Shown here: positions 45,856 through 57,366 of the stretch, in pieces
How the letters are laid out: each line of letters opens with the position of its first letter
How positions within the stretch are numbered: position 1 is the stretch's first letter
Origin: Corallochytrium limacisporum Hawaii
Lineage: Eukaryota > Protista > Pluriformea
Direction: 5' to 3'
Assembly: GCA_002811645.1 (NCBI GenBank)
Contig: PDIP01000103.1
Coordinates: 1 to 64,000, forward strand
DNA length: 64,000 bases
The notes under the pieces: model-generated
Told to the model about the DNA's origin: nothing
The model's input: only the letters and a program-made list of their open reading frames with translations
Databases searched by the model: none
Translations under genes and position numbers: made by a program

Positions 45856-48800
45856 ATGGGGTCCAAAAATGACACAGACAAAGTTCTGTTTCCCACAGGA
45901 GGGATACAGGCGCACTTTTCGCCTTTGGTAAACTTTGCAGGTGCAATTCCTGCACCGGTACCCGAGGTCGAGTCAAGCGTTAGTCCTTTGGAGCTGGACA
46001 AGGCCTACGCAACAGTCAGTGAAGTTGTTGACCGTAGTTCTGATTTCGTAAAAGAACAGGTTTCAAAGATATGGCGTCAGCGTCGGAAGCACATACCGAC
46101 AGCTGCGCATGAAGTTCTGTCAATTCTTGATGGAAACAGTCCGTCTGATTTGCTTGATGCTTTAGGACAAAGGTTTGCAGTAGAAGGATCTGAAATAGAT
46201 ACTTCTCATGCCTATGGTGTACCATCAAGCCCTCCACCGACATCAATTCTGGATGATACTGATGTTGCCAATGTTGCATCGGAGTCAACACCGATAAAGC
46301 AAAAGCGTAAGGCTAGTGTGAAACGGGTAAATAGGAACCAAGTGACCCAGCAAATGTCCAAGGAGAAGATCGTGCAGAACTTCCTGAAATGCATTGATAA
46401 TGTACTTGATGCATGCAACGTAAGTCCTACTGATGATATAAATGAAGCACGGAATGCCATTCCCTGGGACTCTGACAGTTCAACGCCAGATCAACGTTAC
46501 ATTGAGACTGCTGCTCTGAAGCGCCTCGCAACAGAAGCGGCCACCGTTCGGTATCATGCAGGGCTTGAGGATATTTCCCTCTCTCGCGTTTTGCCTTTGG
46601 TCTTTATCCTCGCGTTTAAGATTCGGCAGGGTGCCAATGTGAATATGGAACTAGCCAAAGCTGATCCAAAGACGTTTGCTGAACATCTGAGAGAAGTGAT
46701 TAGCAGTGGACAGGTGTACTTGCATTTGCTTCTAAGTCCAGGTGCAAAGGCAGAATTGTTTGTGCATGATGTGGTTCGGGACCTCATCAGTGGTACACAA
46801 AAGATATTGACCAATTTTGTTTACCCCATCTGTGACAACTTGGTTGTGGCCGGTGACGCAGATGAGGACATGGCTGAAGCATTCGGCGGGCCGAAGAGAC
46901 GCAAGACAAAGAGCAGCGGAGCAAAGATTATTGCGAGTCATGACGATGCGAAGGCAATTATTCGGACGACGTACGCAAACAGCACTCGGCTAGTCAGCAA
47001 GATTACGGCCGAAATCTGCGGTGTGATGCAATCTTTCGCGGACTTATTGCAGAGGTATGGCCTTCCAGACACAGATTTGGTTTCGCTATCGTCGCTGGCC
47101 GTGAAGCCTTTGTTTGTAGATAATGTATTAGATGTACAGCAAATGGCTCTAGCAATGCTGCGGGTGATGGCCTGTCGTTACGCAGAGCACCGGGGTATCA
47201 TTCTGGACGAAGTGTTCGGGTCCCTTAAGCGCCTACCCAAGACTAAGAGAAACATGCGCACGTTCAAGCTGCCAGATGGAAACCATATTCAGATCATTAC
47301 TGCGCTGAGCATCAACTTGGTAGAAGCATGTACCTACAAACGCGACGTCAGTAGGAGTCAGAACTTGCTTCCAGAATTCAGAGCCATCGCACAAAGCTTC
47401 ACTGACGCAAAACATCTGGCTGCGACGTTGGTAAATCAGTTTGTCGTTATGGTTGGCGAACGACAGGAGGAAGATTCACCAAAGCTTATTTTTGAAACTT
47501 TTGTGGATGATCTTCTCTTAGCGCTAAATTTCCAACAGTATCCAGCGGTAGAACTGCTTGTGGATGTTCTCAGTAAGCTTCTCATTCGTCAGATGACGCA
47601 AAAGAACACAAAGGTGCACGTGAAATCCATTGCCCTGGAAAAACTGGGTCTTATAGCCACCAAAGTGTATCAAGACATGGGCACTCTTACGGACCTTGAA
47701 TCCGAGGATGGCGGTGCAAAGACGGCCTTGACATTCTTGAAGGAGTTGCAAATGGCGCGCTGCACGTGTGGACGAGGAGACATTGGTACAGAAATGGTCG
47801 AATGTGAGAAGTGCGAGCGGTGGTTCCACTATGCGTGCGTTGGGTACAAGGATACGGAACGACTTCAGTCATGGCTTTGTTTCCGTTGTCGCCGTGACTC
47901 CGCCATTAAGAGTGAAAACGGCAATGGAATGGATCTGGACGACGAAGATGAAGAGTACCGAAATAACATTTGGTTCAACAATGAATCCGAGTTGCTAGAG
48001 AAAGTACAGGCCACCACGGAAGAAGAAGCCCGTTTAGCGCTCCATGCGCTGCTCCTTGACAATCTGTGCAAGGATAATTATGTTTCAGCACTTAGCCGCC
48101 ACTTCCTCATAAGTAAGTGGCTGGTTGAGCGTGAAGCTAAGAGTTCTGGGGATGCAGATGAAGAGGACCAAGAAGGTATGGATGAGGAGGCTCCAGTTGA
48201 GCTAAACAGTTCTGTGGAAATCAGTGATGATACAAAGAAACTCTATCTAAATCCGCACTACTGGTACGATGAGACCATTCATTCCTTTGGTCCGCCGCGA
48301 CAAGCGACCATATCTGACAACACAGCCCAAAGAATCATGCTGTTCTTGATGAGCCAGACAGGTGTGCACAGGAACCGGGAGCAGTTACACATTACTCTGA
48401 CACATTTTCTTTCAGATAGTGCTGCGTTGATGAGGACCCGAGCCATGAAAGCCATTACCTCTGTGATGGAAGCATGCCCTCCTCTGCTTGCCAAGGAAGA
48501 CACCAGAGACACGCTATTGAGTACACTCATGGACAAGAGTACGATGGTGCGGGAAAGCGCCGTGGAACTTATCGGTCGCGTGGTCAGTCATCATGTGACC
48601 CATCTGGATCAGTACTATGATGCGTTGGTCAGGCGCTGTAAGGATGTAGGTAAGTCGGTCCGGAAGAAGACAATCAAGACTTTACGAGACATTGCGGTCA
48701 CTCATCATACACACCCAAGGGTTGCTGACATATGTTTCCACCTCAGCGGCCGCCTCAGTGACGAACCATCCATAAAGGATCTGGTTCAGGAAACCCTTAC

Positions 48801-51312
48801 GATGATCTGGTTCCCAGAAGTCTTCGTGGGAACGAAGAAAGACATGCCGGCGTACGCAGCGGTCGGAAGCGATTCCGTGGAGGATGCAGAGATTCTCCGA
48901 AGGGCGCGAATGATTGTTAAGGTTGTGCACCAATATCTCGACCAAGATGTGCCACCTGTATGGCTTGAGAGCTACGTGGAAGGACTCTTGGATCCGAAGG
49001 CGTCATCAGTCAGTGGGAAGCAAGCTGCTCAGGAGCTTTTCCAGCGAGTCGTGGATACCATGGTGGACTACATCAGTGATCTGCAAAACCTTCTGCATGT
49101 CCAGGACAACTCCACGCAGCAAGAGGAGGAAAAGGTCAACGCTGTCCCACAGCAGGACTCTGAGTACAGCCGTATGGAATTGGTGGCCACATTCTGCACT
49201 CTCGATCTCCTGTCGCAGGGAGAACCCAAGTTGCTACATCGTCACATTAGCGTATTGGCACCGTATCTCATTCCGGATAGTGAGTCTCCTATTGATCCAC
49301 GCATTGTGATGTACTCTGCCCAGATTCTTGGACGCATGGTCGATGACCTTAGGTCGCGTGATGCTGCTTTCCTGAAGGATGTGGAGAAGCACCTTGCATC
49401 GCATATTATTTCCGGTAAGCCTGCAGTGGTGCGTGCGTGTGTGGCGTGCCTCAGCATCATTGTGCAAGAAATCACTAAGAACTACGACCTGATCCGCAAA
49501 TTGTACACAGCAATGTACAATGTGCTCGAAAAACATATGGCACAAGAGAAAAAGACAGGCAAGGAAGTGAAGGGTGGTGCGCAGCTCAAGCGAAGCCTCT
49601 TTACGGTCGGTCTCATTGCGGAAAAAAGTGATCTAAAAGATCTGGTCACTGCAAAGAGCAAAGGGGATGATGTCGAGAAGAATCTACTGAATGCATTAGT
49701 CTACTATGCTGGCAAGAGAACTCCCGATCTTATTTTGAAGGCCCTGGAAGCATTGGGGCACGTTGCCATGCGGGATGGACAATTCCTCTTGGAGGACCGT
49801 CTTACCCAAATATTTGAGCGCATATTTAAGCTGACCCAGAGCAGCAATGAAGTGATCACATTGAAGCGCCAGTTGTTGGTCATTATCATGGATGTGCTAA
49901 AGAACGAGGAGCGTAAGATGCAAGCGATGGAGGTGCTCCGTGAGAAGGCTCGTCAAGATGCCAAGGCCTTGACCGATGCTGAGCGATTGCGTCTCGATAT
50001 TGGTGGCTACAAGGCAGCAGACAATGCCGACAGTGGTTTGTCCATTGGCCTCATGCAACGGTACCTGGGCCGTGTACTTGATCTCCTGTCCACGGCGAAC
50101 CCATCGCTTCGCGTGAATAGTCTGCAGGTAATCCAGATCTCACTCCGCAACGGTCTCTTTTTGCCGACTGAGTGTATACCAGATCTGATTGGTCTTGAGG
50201 CCGACGAAGACAGTAAGATCCGGGACAGTGCAGCTCAGATGGTAGGTCAGATCTACGAGAAGCATCCTGACTTCATTCCCATGCAATTAGGCGCCGGTGT
50301 GGAGAAGTGCTGGTTCCAGGCTCAGATTGTACAAGCCAGGACTTCTCCGGTGTCAATCCCCACTGATGATACCAAGGGCGATCTAGGTAGTCAGACTGAA
50401 GTTGTCGACGCCGATCGCGTATACGGTTACCGTGAGAATCCGGGTGTCATGTCGCTCATGACAAACACATTCTTGATGCTGCGTCGCAGCCGCCAAAACC
50501 GCCGCATTCTCATGGACACCCTCCTGAAATACTTCAAGCACAAAGAAGCTGCTGCAGAGCGCTCTTCCAAGAAACGCAGCAAAAAGGGTAGCGCAAAAGG
50601 ATCTGCCAAGAAGTCCAATGGTAACGCAAATGGTGATGAAATTGGGGACGATCACTTCAATCTACACAAATTGCGCTTTGTGGCTGAGATTGTGGCACAC
50701 TTCCCGTACCATCTGACAGAAGAACTGCTCTACGTGATCCACGGTATCGATCAGTACGTGTCCAAGGCTAGTTCCTCGCTGGTCGATCACTTGCAGGCCG
50801 CAATGATCCAAGCCACAGATACAGGCGCCACTGACGGCAGTGAGGAAACCTTGGAACTTATTGCCAGTGCTCACTCTATGTTGCTCATGCTTTCCATCAA
50901 GTTCCACCTCGTCCAAGGCTACGGCGTACCTCTGGCCAAGATTCAGGCATACAAACCCAGTGTCAAGGCGCGTCAGTTTGACTTCCCGTGCATGAAGAAG
51001 CCGGAGGGTCCCATGGCTTTGTGGACAGACACTGTTTTGTGGACGACCCCACTACGGAGTGATGCGGAAGGTCTGAACATGCTTGCAGACCTTCTGCAAA
51101 AGGCATTACACGAGAATGCTAAGTACCACGTTGAAGAGAATGAAGAAGGCGAAGACGAAAAGGAGCCAGCTCCGGAAGGAGATGTCGACGTCTCCATGCA
51201 AGTCGATGCCGACGGCAATCTCATTCTGCCAGCTAATCCCCTGGATGACTCTATGGCGAACGAGGACACCATCCCGGAGGCGGCCTACATGGACAGCTCC
51301 TTCCAGGAGTAG
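45856..51312 (+). CDS. NIPBL: Cohesin loader NIPBL/Scc2 with an internal PHD finger, 1818 aa, intronless
   Basis: HEAT region RTRAMKA..DKSTMVRESAVELIGR..DVGKSVRKK, DSGLSIGLMQRYL, GLFLPTECIPDLIGL. PHD finger at 47761-47889. Confidence 0.93.
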   Translation: MGSKNDTDKVLFPTGGIQAHFSPLVNFAGAIPAPVPEVESSVSPLELDKAYATVSEVVDRSSDFVKEQVSKIWRQRRKHIPTAAHEVLSILDGNSPSDLLDALGQRFAVEGSEIDTSHAYGVPSSPPPTSILDDTDVANVASESTPIKQKRKASVKRVNRNQVTQQMSKEKIVQNFLKCIDNVLDACNVSPTDDINEARNAIPWDSDSSTPDQRYIETAALKRLATEAATVRYHAGLEDISLSRVLPLVFILAFKIRQGANVNMELAKADPKTFAEHLREVISSGQVYLHLLLSPGAKAELFVHDVVRDLISGTQKILTNFVYPICDNLVVAGDADEDMAEAFGGPKRRKTKSSGAKIIASHDDAKAIIRTTYANSTRLVSKITAEICGVMQSFADLLQRYGLPDTDLVSLSSLAVKPLFVDNVLDVQQMALAMLRVMACRYAEHRGIILDEVFGSLKRLPKTKRNMRTFKLPDGNHIQIITALSINLVEACTYKRDVSRSQNLLPEFRAIAQSFTDAKHLAATLVNQFVVMVGERQEEDSPKLIFETFVDDLLLALNFQQYPAVELLVDVLSKLLIRQMTQKNTKVHVKSIALEKLGLIATKVYQDMGTLTDLESEDGGAKTALTFLKELQMARCTCGRGDIGTEMVECEKCERWFHYACVGYKDTERLQSWLCFRCRRDSAIKSENGNGMDLDDEDEEYRNNIWFNNESELLEKVQATTEEEARLALHALLLDNLCKDNYVSALSRHFLISKWLVEREAKSSGDADEEDQEGMDEEAPVELNSSVEISDDTKKLYLNPHYWYDETIHSFGPPRQATISDNTAQRIMLFLMSQTGVHRNREQLHITLTHFLSDSAALMRTRAMKAITSVMEACPPLLAKEDTRDTLLSTLMDKSTMVRESAVELIGRVVSHHVTHLDQYYDALVRRCKDVGKSVRKKTIKTLRDIAVTHHTHPRVADICFHLSGRLSDEPSIKDLVQETLTMIWFPEVFVGTKKDMPAYAAVGSDSVEDAEILRRARMIVKVVHQYLDQDVPPVWLESYVEGLLDPKASSVSGKQAAQELFQRVVDTMVDYISDLQNLLHVQDNSTQQEEEKVNAVPQQDSEYSRMELVATFCTLDLLSQGEPKLLHRHISVLAPYLIPDSESPIDPRIVMYSAQILGRMVDDLRSRDAAFLKDVEKHLASHIISGKPAVVRACVACLSIIVQEITKNYDLIRKLYTAMYNVLEKHMAQEKKTGKEVKGGAQLKRSLFTVGLIAEKSDLKDLVTAKSKGDDVEKNLLNALVYYAGKRTPDLILKALEALGHVAMRDGQFLLEDRLTQIFERIFKLTQSSNEVITLKRQLLVIIMDVLKNEERKMQAMEVLREKARQDAKALTDAERLRLDIGGYKAADNADSGLSIGLMQRYLGRVLDLLSTANPSLRVNSLQVIQISLRNGLFLPTECIPDLIGLEADEDSKIRDSAAQMVGQIYEKHPDFIPMQLGAGVEKCWFQAQIVQARTSPVSIPTDDTKGDLGSQTEVVDADRVYGYRENPGVMSLMTNTFLMLRRSRQNRRILMDTLLKYFKHKEAAAERSSKKRSKKGSAKGSAKKSNGNANGDEIGDDHFNLHKLRFVAEIVAHFPYHLTEELLYVIHGIDQYVSKASSSLVDHLQAAMIQATDTGATDGSEETLELIASAHSMLLMLSIKFHLVQGYGVPLAKIQAYKPSVKARQFDFPCMKKPEGPMALWTDTVLWTTPLRSDAEGLNMLADLLQKALHENAKYHVEENEEGEDEKEPAPEGDVDVSMQVDADGNLILPANPLDDSMANEDTIPEAAYMDSSFQE

Positions 51313-51592
51313 ATCTGAACCAATAATTAAAGTAAATACCGGCTTATGTTATTCACAATTTAGAGTTGGAACGACGAGTGACATGGAACACAGAACCCAA
51401 GCAGGATGTCATCTTCAACCCCTTCGGGTTTGCACAGATTGTTATGTTTCGTATATTTTTGATTTTAGTAATTGAAGGCTTTGCCAGTGTCTTTGTTTTC
51501 CATCCAGTGCGAATGTACGCCAGAGTGGACAACAGGTGGACCCGGTGTGATGATAGCTTCGTGAAATATTTATGAAAAGTGCTGGTCATAGA

Positions 51593-52159
51593 TCACAAAA
51601 TCTCGCACTTCTTCTTCTTCTGCTTCGGTGCCTCTACCTTCTTTTCCTCTTGCGGTAGCAGCCGTTCAATCTCCCGGATCGTCGAATGGAAGGCCTCGTC
51701 AACGTTCAGTCCAGTCTTGGCTGATGTATCAAAGTATGGAACCCCAATCTTCTCTGTCCATGCGAGAATGTCTTCCCGCGTGACCGTCCGTTCATCTTCG
51801 AGGTCGGCCTTGTTGCCAATGACTGTCACCGGCACTTTATCTGTGTCCTTGACACGCATTACCTTGCCGTAGAGGTCCTGAAGTTCCTTGAAACTACTGA
51901 TTGAGGTGATGCTAAGCACAAGCAGAAAGCCATCTCCGTACTGGAACGATGAGTCCCGGAATGAGGCAAACTCTTCCTGGCCCGCGGTATCCACAATTTC
52001 CAGCGAGAACTCTTTTCCGTCCAATGTGACCTGTTTCCGGTAGCTCTCTTCGATAGTGGGATCGTAATATTCTGCAAACTTCTTCTTCAAGAACTGGATG
52101 GTGACACAGCTCTTTCCGACACCACCGCTGCCGACTACTACAACCTTACACTCGCGCAT
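51593..52159 (-). CDS. Ras-family small GTPase, 188 aa
   Basis: GSGGVGKS, YDPTIEESYRK, DTAGQEEF, NKAD, TSAK, polybasic KKKK and CaaX CEIL. Confidence 0.97.
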   Translation of the reverse strand: MRECKVVVVGSGGVGKSCVTIQFLKKKFAEYYDPTIEESYRKQVTLDGKEFSLEIVDTAGQEEFASFRDSSFQYGDGFLLVLSITSISSFKELQDLYGKVMRVKDTDKVPVTVIGNKADLEDERTVTREDILAWTEKIGVPYFDTSAKTGLNVDEAFHSTIREIERLLPQEEKKVEAPKQKKKKCEIL

Positions 52160-54678
52160 ACTTCTTGTGCTGTTGTGATCTGTTGATGAAATAGAGGTGC
52201 TGATCTAACAGACTTTCTTCTTCCGTACCTTTTCTATCGTACCACTGCTTTCTGGCCGCAAAACTGTACAAGCGAACTTCGCAGACACTGCTCAACCGTG
52301 ACCAGTGCAATAACCTGCAAAGAGGCTCACAGTTCTCCGTGTCTCTTCTTTACCGACGTCAAGTCTCTGTTTTTGGGGGTGGGGAACTGGTTCCTATTCA
52401 CAGATTCCCGGAAAGAATGGTAACATAGGCTTGCTCTCCCTTGATTTACAATTTACTCAGCTGTAGATTCTCTTTCCTTGCCTCAAGTGGTCACGATCTA
52501 CAGTCTGAAATAGCCACTGGTCTGATCTGGAGGCATCGTTTGGTTCCATTTCGTCATGTTCTCGGCGGCCATTTCCAGGCCCAGAGGATAAGGTCGCTAC
52601 GATATCATAGTGACGCGGACAAAAATGAAGAAACTTCGAACGGAAACGCACGAACAGGCCCCCAAAGACACAAATGTCCCGCGAGTCACAGAGGAACGGA
52701 TCGATCGCCGGTTTATTACTCCCGCCGTCTCACCAACTGCCCACCCCCCCCTCCCCACCAACGCTAACCCCCCAGCCAACGTCCAGCGCGTACTGACACT
52801 ATGGGAGAAGGAACCAAAGAAAGAATACCAAAAAAAAGAAAAAAGAAAGAGAAAAATGGACCGGTCGCTGGGGGCGGTCAGGAGTCGGACAAATAGTAAA
52901 ACACCGTCGTCCCCCCCCCCCTCTCCGGTACTGGGCGGAGCGTAAGGCAGGGACGAGGGGACGACCCGGAGAGAAGGGAGAGGTGGAAAGGGGGGGGGAG
53001 TTTGGGGTTGGATGCGCCGCCCCTCTTTGTCGAGGAAGGGGGGTGGTGGCCAGGGGCCCCACCGGGACCTCTTAGGAACCCGAGGCCTCCATTGGACCAT
53101 TGTCGCTATTGAGTACTACTCACCACCTTTTCTTTTTCTCCCCTTTTGCCGTTTATTTTTTTTGGTTCTTCTTTATTCTGTCGTCTCTTTTGTTTGATAG
53201 TTTTTACTGTTCCTTCTGCCGGAGCTCCCTTGCTTGCTGTCTCGAAGGAACTTGGGGCTACTACTCCTTATCCAGAGATAAAAAAGAACAGCACTTTCCC
53301 TCCTTTGTAAAGTATATTAAAAAAGGGAGGGTTCTTTAGTCTTCTGCGTTTCTCTCCTCCATAGATACTCCAGGGGACCAACACAAAAAAAAAAGTTGGA
53401 AACCGAGGGGCAGAAAAAAAGGGTTAGAGGGTACGGACGGTGCCTTCCAATCCTCTCCCCCTCCCCCTCCCCCAACACCGAAACCTTCGCCTCTTAAAAA
53501 TTCATAATCTTCAAAAAATAAAGAAAAGTGTTCGGCGGCGGGAAAAGCCAGGAGCCACCCCCCCCCCCGGGGGAGCAGGGGTGGTTCTTTCCGGACGAGT
53601 GTTTGGGGGGGGCCGTCGGACTGCCGTAGCTATGGCAAATATATGGCATTTTTTCTTCTAAATACCACTCTATCTTCCCTAATCTCCAGCAGCAGCCCTC
53701 CCCCTATCTCTTCGCAGTCTTTGTTGTTCTCTACAGGGGCCCATTGTTTGGCGCCATATTCCAATGGAAAATCACGTACCTAAAGTATGGGAATTGCGAA
53801 GAACTAGCACTGTTAATTGGAGATCTCGAATTATAATAATACCGTATGTTTATAAATCATTTTCTACATAATATATATAACAGTATATGAATTATTTCCA
53901 GAGTTTACGCATACTTATAAACAGTCCCTGTGCGCGGCGAAGCATTTGCAACAAATCTGACCAATAGAAGGCTCTATACATACCCAACTATCCAATCACA
54001 ACGAAATGACACACTGCCACCCCCCCCCCCCGGGGGGAAGATATTTTAAAACTCTCCGGATGTGCATGTCCCGCCCGGGCTGTTTTCACACACAACACGC
54101 CCCCGCAACTAACACACAAAAAGAAAATCTATCCAAATTTTTTCCAATGCTGAGAAAGAATTAACTGCTTTTCTTGGGTGCCCATTTTCGGGACCGAATC
54201 CACCACCGGTGTATTTTATAGTAAAATAATGGGAAACGTCAAGCCATCAATCTCAGTACTAAATATACTAGAATGCCCTTCTTTTCGTACTCAATGTATT
54301 GGGCTCCGCAGACCCATTTGGGACCGACCTGATGGTCTTGCATGGATTCAAGTACCGAAAGTACCGCTGTGCCGCGACAGTGAACCATACTGCCCAATGG
54401 GCAAATGAACCTTAAGAGTACTGAATGCATGGGCTGTGCTCCTTACGAGACACTTATGGTCACTTTCACGGCCTATGAGCCTTTCCAAGCAACTTGAGTA
54501 TCGAAACGAATGGGATATGATACACACATTGCATTACTCATTCCTATGCCATTATAATTTGTCACAAACACATTTAAGATCACGTACTTGAATAAACAAG
54601 AAGTCCATGACCAGTGAAGTATCTCTTGTAGAAGATCATTCCGGGATATATTCGGGTAATCTGATATAAACTATCAAG

Positions 54679-55080
54679 ATGGTGTTGCCTCTCAAGAAGC
54701 GTCAGATCGTTAAGAAGCGTACCAAGAAGTTCATTCGCCACCAGAGCGATCGGTATGACAAGCTGAGCCAGAACTGGCGCAAGCCCAAGGGTATTGATAG
54801 CCGTGTCCGTCGTCGTTTCCGTGGTGTCTACCTGATGCCTTCCATCGGTTACGGATCCAACAGCAACACCCGTCATGTCCTGCCCGACGGGTTCAAGAAG
54901 TTCTCCGTGAACAACGTTCAGGAGCTCGAGATGCTGCTGATGCACAACCGGGTCTACGCTGCCGAGATTGCCCACAACGTCTCCGCCAAGAACCGCAAGG
55001 ACATTGTTGCCCGCGCCCAGGAGCTCGGAGTTAAGGTTCTGAACCCCAAGGCCCGCGTGCGCTCCGAGGAGACTGCATAA
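54679..55080 (+). CDS. RPL32: 60S ribosomal protein L32 (eL32)
   Basis: [38 protein letters not shown]. Confidence 0.99.
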   Translation: MVLPLKKRQIVKKRTKKFIRHQSDRYDKLSQNWRKPKGIDSRVRRRFRGVYLMPSIGYGSNSNTRHVLPDGFKKFSVNNVQELEMLLMHNRVYAAEIAHNVSAKNRKDIVARAQELGVKVLNPKARVRSEETA

Positions 55081-55941
55081 ATTTATGGTCAATTGGTTTA
55101 GAAGTATTAGCAAAGATCACCCTTGGGTATTTACCAATGTTTTCGCAGACCGTGGCATTGTGGCCTAGCTTACACAATTCTCTGACGGAAGGGTTTACCC
55201 AGGTCGAGCATCAATCACAACACATTTCCTATTTTCAGACGACCAACTGAATTCGGTCGTCTGTAAATTCAACATCTCCATGAGCACATACTCGCATGCA
55301 ACATAACACAAGCTGCACAGATGTTCAATTGGGCTTTCTGGGGTCCCTTCCCTGAGCACTATAGCATATGTGTGCAGTTGCTGTATTTAACATATTTACG
55401 TTTCGTAAATTTATCGTTTAAAATTAAAGTTCAAATAGCATATTTTAACATGACGTATCGTGTATGGTGTTTCTTGACGAGCGTTCTGGCTGCCTTCCAT
55501 AGCTTCCGATCCTTCTCCTTGTGAGCAATCCACGGTTTCGGGTGTGATCCGCGGATACAAAGAGGTCATCGACATCTGGAAGCATTCCACCCAGGAAAGG
55601 AAGATGCGAAGCATTCTAGCCAAGAAAGGAGGATGAGAAAGCATCATAAGAACTGGACATCAAATTGCAGAAGTGGCTCATCATCAATGTCGGCCACGGG
55701 TCAATCTATCGTGGTTCCGCGCTCACTTGTGTGTCTCCAAATAACATCAAAGACCAACTCGCCTCGTTGACATGCGATGCACATGACACGACATCTCAAA
55801 TGTGTTTTCCAGGGCAAAATTTCATGAAGCATTCTGACGGTATTTGTCTCTATGTATAATGAAGTATCTATTTATGGTGTGGTATGGTATTCGCGAAGCG
55901 TGTTACAATTAGTTTTCGATTTCATAAGATCTCGATTTCGT

Positions 55942-56211
55942 TTACTCTTGAGCAGCAGCTTCGCGTGCTGCCCGAGCAGCCTCGCGAGCATCCGAACGCT
56001 TCTTGCCAACGCGGTACATGAAGTCCTTGTAGCGGCAGATCTCATAGTCATGCTTCAGGTGGTGGCATGCGTTCATACTGTAGTTGTTCTTGATGCGGCA
56101 CTCATTCAAGGGGATGAGAATGTGTGCGCATACATCCCGGAATGCTAAAGGAATTTTGGCATTGGCCATTTCCTCTTCTGTGGCAATCTGCGGAAGCTGT
56201 TCTACCGGCAT
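55942..56211 (-). CDS. NDUFB7: NADH dehydrogenase 1 beta subcomplex subunit 7 (B18)
   Basis: ATEEEM..IPLAFRDVCAHILIPLNECR..CHHLKHDYEIC, a twin Cx9C. Confidence 0.95.
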   Translation of the reverse strand: MPVEQLPQIATEEEMANAKIPLAFRDVCAHILIPLNECRIKNNYSMNACHHLKHDYEICRYKDFMYRVGKKRSDAREAARAAREAAAQE

Positions 56212-57366
56212 ATTGATTTGTTCTCTTAACTATACGATTTTGTTATTGTTTACTGATGCTATGCCCTCTCCTGGGTAAAACATACACTGACCAAACACTA
56301 ACAATTAGCCACTAATACTTCCCTTGTTCGACTTACTCTATTACCAGGAACTGCTGGTCACAGGGGTTTCCCGGAACTGTATACAGAGCAGACCTATATT
56401 CGTGATGTAATCCGGGGTGCTAGTATACGCACAAACCTGCAAACAACCTACTACCAAATACCATGTGTGTGATCTGTGTTGGCACACCGGGCACGAATAA
56501 ACCTTCGGTAATGCGCTAATCGTTTACGCACTCGACAGCAATTTTAGTGCGATATTACCATCATCATCCTTGGAATATACAAAACCATACCGTGCCACTG
56601 CAATCTGGGTACAGTAAGCTTCTCCTCACAGGCTTCAGCACCACGGGGCCATTGCTTCCTCCACCCTGCAAGACTAGGCCCCTTGACCCCAATAGCCAAT
56701 CTGCTGCCTAAACCACGGGTCTTCCCCCCCCCCCTCCGCGGCTTGACTCTGTGCGCGTGACCAAAATGGCTTTGGGCCAAGCTGCTAATTGTATGTAAGC
56801 CACACAGGGGCCGGATGGGGGGGGAGGGGAAGCGGGGAGGAGTAAGTAGGCCACTGGCTGAGAAAAAACACAAGTCCCTACGGTACCTCCTCTACACTTC
56901 AGTACCGGCGCAGGTTTCGAAAGCTTTGTCGAGTTTGTTTGTGTACGCGAACTGAAGAATCAATCAGGGCAGGAAATCAACTGCTGGCGGATACATTTGA
57001 TCCTTACCTGTTGGAGATTGATTGCTGGTATACTGAATCACAGTCCTTGTACGCCCACTCACTGTAGTCCAGTGCACGGACTTGATTTATGTTTCAATCA
57101 CATAATCAGTAGTAACCCAGTGTACCCAGTCACAGTGCGCTGAATCGGCACACAGGAGAAAAGCCAGTCCGGGCAGGGCCGTTCATGGTCCGAGGTTGTG
57201 GTCTTTTCGGTACCTGTTGGCCGATGGACACCAGTAGCTGTGTAAACGGGATCAGTTCGTACCTCACCATCCCCATGATGTGGTAATTAAACGCCACCTT
57301 GCATGTGTGCTGATGGAATGTTACAGGCGTTTTGGTTTCAGTTTTCGAAATTTTGGGATCAGCATC

